From IMG/VR virus record IMGVR_UViG_3300045918_000131, positions 1-64,000 of that record: a stretch of 64,000 bases of DNA. One strand, given 5' to 3'. Numbering within the stretch: the stretch's first letter is position 1; every line of letters starts with the position of its first letter. Source of the DNA: a virus. The notes under the pieces were generated by a model. The model did not search any database and was not told where the DNA came from. It was given only the letters and a program-made list of their open reading frames with translations. The translations under genes were made by a program, and so were the position numbers. Shown here piece by piece: positions 55,719 to 64,000 of this stretch.

Positions 55719-56657
55719 TTACTGTTCTTCTTTCAATGGAGACCACAACATAGATTTACTACCTTTTTTGATAGCATTGAACCCGTTCTTCCGGTAGAAT
55801 CTGGTCAACGCCGCCTGGCTCACTCTACCTTTATCCCAAGGAAATAAGGTTAACACAATACTATCATTATGTGCTAATTGCTTTAATATAGTTAATGCTT
55901 TTTCACCAACCCCTTGTCTTTGCGGATCAGCCATAATCCATTTAATCTCAACTGCATCTTTCTTCGTCATACTTGGCTCTAATTCAAATACTGCAAACTG
56001 CGATGCTTGTTTTTCATCTTCTGGCCTGATATATTTACCAGTTTCATCCCATGCCATTACACGTTGGTTATCAGCATATGGCCATTCTTGAAACTGTGCA
56101 TAGATCTTTTTAATCCACTCTTTAGCTTTATTATTGCCACCAATTTTAATACGTATTGGCTCATCAGGTGTATTATCTACATATGGTTCATATTCTTCAT
56201 CTAATTCCTCATAATCATATTCGCCATTAATTAAATATCCCTTACCACCACAACGAAGACATGTTTCTTCATACTCTATGCCAGATCCATAACACATCGG
56301 GCATTGTTCTTCATCGGCATCTTCGTCTAATTTGTGACAATATCCCGCACCATCTTCATCTAACTCTGTATATTCATCTCGGGCACGGCTTACGTCATTC
56401 ATCTTACGCATTAACGCTAACCCAAGTTCCTCACTTCCATTTGTGTATTCCATAACTGCTTTTGATAAGCGTCTAAACGACATAGTAGCTCTACGTTTTA
56501 ATTCACCAGTTGTTGGGCATTGACCATTAGCATCCATTGGGGAATTTCTGGGACGTAGTGCATCGTTTGCAGCACGTTCTTTTTCGTGTAATACCCAGAT
56601 GTATTCAGGCACAAAACTTGGTGCTATTGTTTCGTTTATTATTTCAGATATCTTCAT
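55719..56657 (-). CDS. Tagged protein: DnaJ-type zinc-finger segment plus C-terminal GNAT
   Basis: MKISEIINE; CPMCYGSG..CLRCGGKG; QRQGVG...L.RFYRKNGF. Confidence 0.7.
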   Translation of the reverse strand: MKISEIINETIAPSFVPEYIWVLHEKERAANDALRPRNSPMDANGQCPTTGELKRRATMSFRRLSKAVMEYTNGSEELGLALMRKMNDVSRARDEYTELDEDGAGYCHKLDEDADEEQCPMCYGSGIEYEETCLRCGGKGYLINGEYDYEELDEEYEPYVDNTPDEPIRIKIGGNNKAKEWIKKIYAQFQEWPYADNQRVMAWDETGKYIRPEDEKQASQFAVFELEPSMTKKDAVEIKWIMADPQRQGVGEKALTILKQLAHNDSIVLTLFPWDKGRVSQAALTRFYRKNGFNAIKKGSKSMLWSPLKEEQ

Positions 56658-56659
56658 TC

Positions 56660-57265
56660 TCAATACCCTTCTTTCTTAGCTATTTCTTTCCACTTAGTGG
56701 TTAAAGCGGCGGCAATATCTACTGGCATTGCCCATCCATTACGTCTCATTATACTTATTAGTTTAACTGCTTGCTCTCTATCACTACTACCTGGCTTACG
56801 TGCATTCGCAAAGTCGTTCTTTAAATCATAATCATTGACATTATCGTCCCATGCACTTACCATGTTTCTACGCAGTCTATCTGCACGGTCTGTTGAATTA
56901 GTTTTACTACTCTTATATACTAATTCTAACCATGGTTCAAGGTAACTACGTCCAGAGTATGTTTTACCTGTACGTTCTATTCCAGATAAGGTTTCTCTTG
57001 GACCTGTAATTGGTACTACTTTGCGGGTATCTTGTAATTGCCAAGCTTTCTTATCTTCATAAAAGTATGTTTTAATACCATGTGTTTTAGCTACTATTAA
57101 TAGTTTTCTAACTGCTGCAGGTATTCCTTCACCCCAATTTTTACGTTCTTTTGCTGTCTCCATAGGCGTAGCATATACATGAATTGCAGTAATACCATTA
57201 CCTACTGGCATTGATGGTTTTTTACTGAAGATTCTATCCTCAAATATAAACTCATTTTCTCTCAT
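56660..57265 (-). CDS. Tagged hypothetical protein
   Basis: MRENEFIFE. Confidence 0.65.
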   Translation of the reverse strand: MRENEFIFEDRIFSKKPSMPVGNGITAIHVYATPMETAKERKNWGEGIPAAVRKLLIVAKTHGIKTYFYEDKKAWQLQDTRKVVPITGPRETLSGIERTGKTYSGRSYLEPWLELVYKSSKTNSTDRADRLRRNMVSAWDDNVNDYDLKNDFANARKPGSSDREQAVKLISIMRRNGWAMPVDIAAALTTKWKEIAKKEGY

Positions 57266-57777
57266 TAATTTGTCCTAGTAACTATAGATCCATCTGTTTG
57301 GATAATTTGAAATTCAATACTCCAATCCTGTTTTGATAACTTTAGCAATATTAACGCTAATGCAGCTTGTGATCCTTCTATACTGTCGTAAAATAAAGTG
57401 TCACCGAAAGAAAATCCAACATTTAAGTTATTTGGAAATCCTGTCTTCTTTCCAGTGATAGTAGATAAAGAATAATCATCATCGGAGTTAATGGGTAGAT
57501 CTTCTAGTTTTAACAATATATCGCTAGTTGTAATTACTACTAGTTTAGCTGCATTAACAAATACTAAACCTATTGGGGAATAAAATCTTCCAAGGCTTGG
57601 TACTACAGTATTATTTTTCTGTAATACAACAAAGTCTTTAGCATTGTTGGCATATTCTTTGTCGTTCTCAAATAAACACGATAATTGAACCTGTGCTAAA
57701 GTTAATACCCCACGACGGATTAAATCTTCATGAATTAGATCTATATGCCTAATAGTAACAAATTCATGTGCTCTCAT
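57265..57777 (-). CDS. Tagged hypothetical protein
   Basis: MRAHEFV; weak similarity to 61608-62069. Confidence 0.65.
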   Translation of the reverse strand: MRAHEFVTIRHIDLIHEDLIRRGVLTLAQVQLSCLFENDKEYANNAKDFVVLQKNNTVVPSLGRFYSPIGLVFVNAAKLVVITTSDILLKLEDLPINSDDDYSLSTITGKKTGFPNNLNVGFSFGDTLFYDSIEGSQAALALILLKLSKQDWSIEFQIIQTDGSIVTRTN

Positions 57778-57780
57778 ACC

Positions 57781-58623
57781 TTAATCCCAATCACTTTCGA
57801 ACGGACTTACGCCGTTTTGATTAATTTTAACTTTTCCTACTAAGGTAAGGACGGCTGGATTAAAAAACGCAGAACTTTCGACATCCCACCCATAAGTGAA
57901 TTCATTACCGCGTCCATAATCATAATGATGCACACAGTCGAAATGCATTGCTACTTGGTCCCATGGAAAATCTGAAGTCATAGACCTATACGATTCTTCT
58001 CGATCATAAAATTTAGTTGCGCCTCTGCCTAACCTATTAAATATGTCGTAAATTTCTTCTGCGTGCTGATCATTGTCCATTTCTAATACAGTTACATTAT
58101 GTGATACTTTATATAAGTACCCGGTTTCATTCATCCACGATGATTGATTTTGTGATACCCATCTGACCCAGTCTGATGTATAAGTGCCGTTGTCTAAACG
58201 TTTTGCTGTACTGGTCCATAATGCAGCATTATACGGTTTATTATTTCCTGGGGGTACATTATTTCGTGCGGCAATAACTGGCGAACCTTCGGATATATCT
58301 TTCTCTAACCCATTAGTTAGATCGTGATCTGGCGATTTATCAGCCCAATCTTGATACGATTGCGCAATTTCGTGGTTATATTCGTCGCCGTCTTTTTCGT
58401 AACGGTACCGGCTACTAATATTATCTAAATGTTTATCATATCTAGATTTTGCACCAGGATGTGGTCTAGGCATGAACAACTGATAAGAATTGGCTGGCAT
58501 TTTACCGTGCCCGTGTTCTTTCCAAAATTGTAATTCTTCATACGCCAAATCAACATCCGTCTTAACTATGGCTTGTTCTTTCTTCTTTCTAGAATATTCT
58601 GTTATAAATTCGTATGCTCTCAT
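57781..58623 (-). CDS. Tagged hypothetical protein (possible ADP-ribosyltransferase-like fold)
   Basis: MRAYEFITE; KP..ALWTS...W..W...GWDVES. Confidence 0.55.
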   Translation of the reverse strand: MRAYEFITEYSRKKKEQAIVKTDVDLAYEELQFWKEHGHGKMPANSYQLFMPRPHPGAKSRYDKHLDNISSRYRYEKDGDEYNHEIAQSYQDWADKSPDHDLTNGLEKDISEGSPVIAARNNVPPGNNKPYNAALWTSTAKRLDNGTYTSDWVRWVSQNQSSWMNETGYLYKVSHNVTVLEMDNDQHAEEIYDIFNRLGRGATKFYDREESYRSMTSDFPWDQVAMHFDCVHHYDYGRGNEFTYGWDVESSAFFNPAVLTLVGKVKINQNGVSPFESDWD

Positions 58624-58627
58624 ATAA

Positions 58628-59191
58628 TTATTCCTCAAATACTAATATATATTTATGTACGTTGTTATCTAAAAAATCAGGATTACTGCTACTTATTGCA
58701 AATAACTTTTGATTCTCTAGACTAGTTATAGGACCTTTAGTATGAACAACGTTACCGTTACCGTCTTCGATATGACATTTAGAGTAAACCGAAGCTAAAC
58801 GCATTAACATTTTATGTGCTCCATCTTTAGTATTTGTATTGTCGGATTCTAGAGATTTTCCGGATTTAAGTAACAGCAATAATACATCGGTCATTTGGAA
58901 ACTTGCGCCGGGCAATTTTCGTATAATTGATAATGCTAACCTAGAATGTTGCGTTGGCATTTTATGCTCTATATGCCCGACGGTTTCTTTTGTATTTAGA
59001 TCAGTTATAAACGTATACCCTGTGATATATGTATACTTACTTAGATACAATACAACTCTGTAACTACCTATATTACCTAATTCTTTAGGCTTCATAAAGT
59101 CATCGTGGTCAATATCGCTTTCGGTCATTCTTGCAAGAATGACGTTATTGTTTGACATCTCATACTCGTTAATGAACTCATGCGCTCTCAT
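58628..59191 (-). CDS. Tagged hypothetical protein (GNAT-like)
   Basis: MRAHEFINE; LESDNTNTKDGAHKM. Confidence 0.55.
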   Translation of the reverse strand: MRAHEFINEYEMSNNNVILARMTESDIDHDDFMKPKELGNIGSYRVVLYLSKYTYITGYTFITDLNTKETVGHIEHKMPTQHSRLALSIIRKLPGASFQMTDVLLLLLKSGKSLESDNTNTKDGAHKMLMRLASVYSKCHIEDGNGNVVHTKGPITSLENQKLFAISSSNPDFLDNNVHKYILVFEE

Positions 59192-59192
59192 A

Positions 59193-59843
59193 TTATTTTC
59201 CTGAATGCCTAGGTACTACCCAAGGATCTAATATTACAGGAACATTACCTCTCATCATAAAATTTTTCTCATGTAAATCAAGATGCCATTTCATCTTTGT
59301 TGAAATTTTTAATAATGAATTGATAGTTGTAGCTAATTTTAATAATCTATCATTTCCTAATGCTTCGTGTAGTGTGTTATAATCCTTGGGGTATCGTACA
59401 TTAAAATAATGAACAATTTTAGGAACATCAAACCCCATCGGTTGTCCTTCTTTAAATTCATCTGCTAATGTCCATGCCGCCCATCCTAATTTGGTTGCTT
59501 GTGTTAACCGTTCCATTCTAATTTGTAAATAAGTACTTTGATCAAATACAAAACGTTCATATCCAGAGAACTTAGGTAAAAATTCATTGTCTACGTTTTT
59601 CATACAGAATTTGGCCCATATTATGAACATTTGTTGATCTCTACTTAATTGTTTACCTTCAGAACCCTTTGTATATGATTTAGTACCAAATATCTTTAAC
59701 ACGTCTTTTGAATTAGGCTCAGAATATGCACTTGCGTCAACACCTTTGCCTATTCCCTTATATCCTTGTTTTGTTAGTTCAACATCGATACTTGGATTAA
59801 AATCGCTCCATTCGTCTAAATTAAACATTTCGTTTAATAACAT
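59193..59843 (-). CDS. Protein-kinase-like (APH/ePK fold) enzyme
   Basis: IGKGVDASAY, VLKIF, MERL, DLHEKNFM, ILDPW. Confidence 0.75.
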   Translation of the reverse strand: MLLNEMFNLDEWSDFNPSIDVELTKQGYKGIGKGVDASAYSEPNSKDVLKIFGTKSYTKGSEGKQLSRDQQMFIIWAKFCMKNVDNEFLPKFSGYERFVFDQSTYLQIRMERLTQATKLGWAAWTLADEFKEGQPMGFDVPKIVHYFNVRYPKDYNTLHEALGNDRLLKLATTINSLLKISTKMKWHLDLHEKNFMMRGNVPVILDPWVVPRHSGK

Positions 59844-59856
59844 AATAACTCACTTT

Positions 59857-60264
59857 TTAATATTTACTAATTTCGCCAGCAAATGCCATACACGATATCA
59901 ACATTATGAATGCAAATATTATCAATAATATATATTTACTTTCTGATACATCTAATACTTCTTCAACATTAATATCTACTTGTATATTGCGTTGAATTGC
60001 ATTACTAATGAATGGTGGTTCTGATATCAAATGAGTATATTCTGAATATAATAAGTCATGTTGTTCGATTAAATCTAAAATTATTTTAGCATGTGCTAAT
60101 GGAAATCCTTGTCTATCTAAACGATTATTAAATCTAGATTCGCTGTTCTGTAATATACCTAACATGTACTTTCTACAATCAGAAGACCCCCAAGTCTGAT
60201 GGATAGTAGCTGAAACATGTGGGTAACGTTTATCAAACTCTACAGGTATTATTATATTGACCAT
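59857..60264 (-). CDS. Membrane-anchored helical domain protein (YPH..WG..RxGFP)
   Basis: Paralog of 62088-62474; C-terminal TM. Confidence 0.65.
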   Translation of the reverse strand: MVNIIIPVEFDKRYPHVSATIHQTWGSSDCRKYMLGILQNSESRFNNRLDRQGFPLAHAKIILDLIEQHDLLYSEYTHLISEPPFISNAIQRNIQVDINVEEVLDVSESKYILLIIFAFIMLISCMAFAGEISKY

Positions 60265-61611
60265 TTATTTCTTAGGATGTAACTGTTTATATTCTAACGT
60301 CGTTAGTACAGACCCGTCTTTATTAATGATTATCTCTTCGCTTACCCATCTTGCTAGCCTTTTAATTATGCTATCTTCTCTTCTAGCTTCTTGAGCTACA
60401 ACGTAAGATATTACTTTATTAATATTACGTATAGTTGGTGTTTCTTCTTGATCGCTAGCATAGTCAGAACACATGCTCTTTAGATATCTTGCTTTAATAT
60501 CAACGGCGCTAATTAGATCTTTGTACATAACTTCGGCATCTGTGTTATATGTGAAGTACGACTTACCGTCTTCAGCATAACGTTCCCAATCTGTATCTCC
60601 ATTTGCACTTATATAACCTTCTGAACGTACCCATTCAGAATAACTGTCGTCGTATGATTCCCATTCAATAACAATGTCATTGATGTAAAAGTCTAGTGCT
60701 TTTTCTGCTACTTTATCTAATATTGATTGTAAAAACTCATCATCTGCAAAAGCTATATAATCTTTAATAGCTGGTTCTCTTTCTGCGAACCAAGGTACTA
60801 AGTTACCGAATCTAGTTGATAATAAAGTAACTTCGTTCACTGGGTCGTCTCGTTCGTCCATAAATTGTCCAGATTCAAAGTGTAGTTGATACTTTTCTTC
60901 GTCGTCGTTGGGTTGTTTGGGAATTAAAATATACATTAATCCTTCTCTGTTATAATGATCAAACATGTTATTACCACTCATTGTGGCTGTACACCAATCA
61001 GGAGCACGTTCTTTTGACCTAACTAATTTACTACCATCCCACACTAAGCGAGCCGCAGTTCTACTTCCTGCAGTATCTTCTGGTACTACAATGACTACTT
61101 CTGTGGTTCTTAGAACCACAGAAAATTTACCAGGATCAGCTAATGCATCTATTTCTATTAGTGCATCGACATAATTACTATCTGTTGCTATATTTCCAAG
61201 TTGACCCATATTAAATCTATTAATGTCTCGATCCGAAACCGGTAATATATTCTTCATCTTCATATTATGGAAAGTAGTTAACCATTCTTTACCACGTGTG
61301 GTAATATCTTCAAATTTGACTTGTATGTTGTCTAGAGGAGTTGTATATACTTTAACTAACCATTGAACATATTGTTTATTTTTTGTAGGGTCTACATTCT
61401 CTAATGACATTAGAACATCAGCAATTATTCGTTGTTTAGTACCATCTGTAATTGGCACTGCGTTAGAATTAACCAATTCCCCACGTGCGGTACCTAACCC
61501 GGCAGGTAAGAATCTAGATTTATCAAAACGTAACGAGTTCAACAATTTTTCGCCAAAATTATGTGCTGTTTTAGTCTGGTTATATTCTAATATAAATTCT
61601 TTAGCTCTCAT
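60265..61611 (-). CDS. Tagged protein, PcfJ-like
   Basis: MRAKEFILE; DPTKNKQYVQWL, DINRF, WCTA...F..Y..G..YI..K...KYQLHF...FMD..D. Confidence 0.65.
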   Translation of the reverse strand: MRAKEFILEYNQTKTAHNFGEKLLNSLRFDKSRFLPAGLGTARGELVNSNAVPITDGTKQRIIADVLMSLENVDPTKNKQYVQWLVKVYTTPLDNIQVKFEDITTRGKEWLTTFHNMKMKNILPVSDRDINRFNMGQLGNIATDSNYVDALIEIDALADPGKFSVVLRTTEVVIVVPEDTAGSRTAARLVWDGSKLVRSKERAPDWCTATMSGNNMFDHYNREGLMYILIPKQPNDDEEKYQLHFESGQFMDERDDPVNEVTLLSTRFGNLVPWFAEREPAIKDYIAFADDEFLQSILDKVAEKALDFYINDIVIEWESYDDSYSEWVRSEGYISANGDTDWERYAEDGKSYFTYNTDAEVMYKDLISAVDIKARYLKSMCSDYASDQEETPTIRNINKVISYVVAQEARREDSIIKRLARWVSEEIIINKDGSVLTTLEYKQLHPKK

Positions 61612-62069
61612 TTAACTTCCTTCATAAGTCTCCAATCAGAGAATCTTAAATTAAGTAATACTAAGAAATTATTCTTTTCCTGTTCAGTATTAAATAATAT
61701 AGTTCGCTGAGTATTGTCGGTTACTGGTCCTACTAATTCTGGAAATCTCCGCAACTGACCAGACACTGTATTTTTAACTATTATTTGTCCATTGGAGTCA
61801 ACCGATATAAGAATATGATCATCTTTAATGTCTGCTATTGATAAAAACTTATGTCCTGTGATTCCGGACCACCCTAAAGTAACATAGAAATATGCATTGC
61901 TGATAATAGGATCAAGTTGATAATTAACAATAAAAGTCTGAATTTCATCACCTTCAACTGTACTTTCAATTATGAGACTGTTTTCTAATAGATATTGATT
62001 AAAACCTCGGTTAAATATTAAATTAAATTCGTTAGTAAAGTCTTCGATGATAAATTCGTTAGCTCTCAT
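61608..62069 (-). CDS. Tagged hypothetical protein
   Basis: MRANEFIIE. Confidence 0.65.
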   Translation of the reverse strand: MRANEFIIEDFTNEFNLIFNRGFNQYLLENSLIIESTVEGDEIQTFIVNYQLDPIISNAYFYVTLGWSGITGHKFLSIADIKDDHILISVDSNGQIIVKNTVSGQLRRFPELVGPVTDNTQRTILFNTEQEKNNFLVLLNLRFSDWRLMKEVK

Positions 62070-62087
62070 GCTTAAATCCTAATAATA

Positions 62088-62474
62088 TTAACTATTTATC
62101 CAGTGTAAGCTAATTACTTTAACAATTACTATGGATATAAGTACGGTTATAATAGCTGCAATCCAAAATAGTAAATTGTCGTGTTGAACTATTGTACGTT
62201 TTGGTCTAATACTTAAAAAATAAGGTTCTTCTGGAAGTATACATGTAGGGAATAAATCGTCGTGTTGATCTATGAGTTGCATGATGAATTTAGCATCCTT
62301 CATCGGAAATCCGCTTCTTGCATTTCTAAAGTCAACATCTCTACCTTTATCTTGTAACAAGTCTAATAGGTATTGTCTTCCTTCTATTGAACCCCATAAT
62401 AATTGAAGTTTTGTACCTATGTGTGGGTATTTTTCAAAAAACTCAGTTTCTTCTAATGTTGTAATATTATACAT
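62088..62474 (-). CDS. Membrane-anchored helical domain protein (YPH..WG..RxGFP)
   Basis: EKYPHI...LWGS.EGRQYL.DLL...RSGFP...QHD; C-terminal TM. Confidence 0.65.
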   Translation of the reverse strand: MYNITTLEETEFFEKYPHIGTKLQLLWGSIEGRQYLLDLLQDKGRDVDFRNARSGFPMKDAKFIMQLIDQHDDLFPTCILPEEPYFLSIRPKRTIVQHDNLLFWIAAIITVLISIVIVKVISLHWINS

Positions 62475-62475
62475 G

Positions 62476-64000
62476 TTAAATCGTTAATACCCAATAACTT
62501 CCATCTTTAAATTTAGTATTCTTAATTTCTGTAAATCCTACTTTTCTCAACATACTTTTACTACCTATATTATTAGCTTCTACGTATGCTTTAATACTAA
62601 CGAAGTTATGCTCTTTAACTTGTGCTATAATATAAGTTAATAACTCGGTCCCAAACCCTTCGGATACAGGAGATACATCTATACGATTCAAATACGCCTC
62701 TCCTGTATTTTTATTAAAATCGACCATTGCTCCGCCTCGCAATATATTACCTCCGCGAGCTTTATGTACCCAATTCTGATGTTTTTCTTGTAAAGTAGCT
62801 TCAAAATATGCTCGTATTACCCAATCTCCAGACATTGTAATATCTAACCTATCTGTTTTGTTATCTTCGATGATAAATTCGTCACATGCATCAATCTCAT
62901 TTAATTTGTGTTCGGCCAATGATAGTTCATTGTCCTCCCTATGCTTTTTAAATTCTGCAATTTTATCAAATATACCAGAATTTCGTAATACCTTAAACGT
63001 CACATTTTCCACAGAAAATTCTCCATTTTCATCTAATCCTGATTGGCGCATCTTCTTTATCTTCGCACGCAATACATCTAAATCAGTCTCGGCAGATTCT
63101 GGGTTCTCTTTAATAATAGTGTCAATCTGATTAACAATATCCTCTACTTTGCTTAATACTGACGCATCATCAACTGTTATTTTATCGTCAAATTTAGGCC
63201 TTTTAATCCACTTATCAGTTACTAACGAGTATATTCCAGTTGCCACTAATTGACTATCTTTTTTTGCTACATCCTCAGCGTATAACTCTACAGTGTAACC
63301 CTTAATGGTAATGTCATGATTACTATTCCATAACGACTTCTTAGCTATTAAAAAAGGCTCAAGTAATGTACAATCAGATTCAAGTCTTGATTCAACAATT
63401 ACATGTAAATCAACATCGCTTTTATCGGTGTAATTAAATGCACAATTAGATCCTGTAATAATATAATCAACTATTTTTAATTGTTTAATATCTACAAACT
63501 CCGAAAATGCATTAGCAATATCGCCTAGTTTTTCTTTAACATCTGCTTTTAATTCATACCCATCCCATAATTTTGGGTTTAGTTCTTTATGTAGGGATAT
63601 ATTAGGAAGAAGCGATTCTGTTAACTCATCAGGTACACGTTTTAATATAAATTGTACTGCTGGTTCGCCAACAGATGATGTAACCTCGGCTGACCGATCA
63701 AACACGAAGCCAGGGAAATATTTGACTGCATCTTTTGCAAATCTTGCATATAATTTAATTCGGCTCGGATCCTTAGATTTGCCAGTAAAATTCATTGTTC
63801 TAAACGGAATCAATTTTCCTGTATATAAATCAGGAATATTCATAACTCGTAATACTAAATCACGCACTGTAGCAAATACACGGAAAGCGTCGCCGGTATT
63901 TTTAACGTCCGAGCTTACTGCTGTAATTTTACCATTTGTATCTCTTGCAGTAACTAAACCAAATGAAATATTGGCAGTTTTATTACCCAATTGATCTTCT
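62476..64000 (-). CDS. Multidomain protein (5' end outside the window): Pol-beta-type nucleotidyltransferase plus GNAT
   Basis: ITGSNCAFNYTDKSDVDLH...VELY...GEFSVENVTFKVLR; C-terminal IDVSP..EGFGTELL...N..S..ML.KVGF. Confidence 0.8.
   Translation of the reverse strand, partial: EDQLGNKTANISFGLVTARDTNGKITAVSSDVKNTGDAFRVFATVRDLVLRVMNIPDLYTGKLIPFRTMNFTGKSKDPSRIKLYARFAKDAVKYFPGFVFDRSAEVTSSVGEPAVQFILKRVPDELTESLLPNISLHKELNPKLWDGYELKADVKEKLGDIANAFSEFVDIKQLKIVDYIITGSNCAFNYTDKSDVDLHVIVESRLESDCTLLEPFLIAKKSLWNSNHDITIKGYTVELYAEDVAKKDSQLVATGIYSLVTDKWIKRPKFDDKITVDDASVLSKVEDIVNQIDTIIKENPESAETDLDVLRAKIKKMRQSGLDENGEFSVENVTFKVLRNSGIFDKIAEFKKHREDNELSLAEHKLNEIDACDEFIIEDNKTDRLDITMSGDWVIRAYFEATLQEKHQNWVHKARGGNILRGGAMVDFNKNTGEAYLNRIDVSPVSEGFGTELLTYIIAQVKEHNFVSIKAYVEANNIGSKSMLRKVGFTEIKNTKFKDGSYWVLTI

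Noticed and set aside
7352-63994. Numerous 60-200 aa ORFs antisense or out of frame within larger genes (e.g. 17565-18167, 34199-34744, 41492-41965)
   Set aside because: They overlap well-supported genes and lack RBSs or recognisable motifs.
1-64000. tRNA, rRNA or CRISPR loci
   Set aside because: None recognised by eye in the intergenic gaps. tRNAscan-SE would be needed to exclude tRNAs formally.

Overview
AT-rich, densely coding segment of a large (jumbo, T4-superfamily-like) myophage genome. It uses the standard genetic code. A beta/gammaproteobacterial host is inferred from sigma70-type early promoters and host-like DnaK, PbpG and GGDEF-EAL genes. Left to right: (1) a partial S53-like protease lipoprotein gene under a c-di-GMP-I riboswitch; (2) a tandem array of about 19 small paralogs ending '..DAxxFxLxW', several of them broken; (3) RNase H, AAA ATPase, DnaK, HD hydrolase, exonuclease, ClpS, Hsp20, bS21 and Thg1, with ROSE-like thermometer leaders and a TnpB remnant; (4) a plus-strand tail/baseplate block, a DnaE fragment, GroES and a clamp loader; (5) promoter-repeat-bounded cassettes containing a RelE/YafQ-type TA pair, then a stand-alone receiver and a kinase-GNAT fusion; (6) SleB, a PAAR-M15 peptidase fusion, a glycosyltransferase, nrdB and an nrdA fractured by a split intein; (7) head-associated genes, an intact PAS-PAS-GGDEF-EAL gene, PbpG, and an operon of enzymes sharing an 'MRAxEFIxE' N-terminal tag. 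The strongest candidate for an undescribed system is a phage-encoded c-di-GMP circuit: riboswitch, diguanylate cyclase/phosphodiesterase and receiver, each behind the same GGATAAATA late-promoter motif. Next are the tagged virion-cargo enzyme operon and the small-paralog array. All assignments come from motif recognition by eye; no searches were run.
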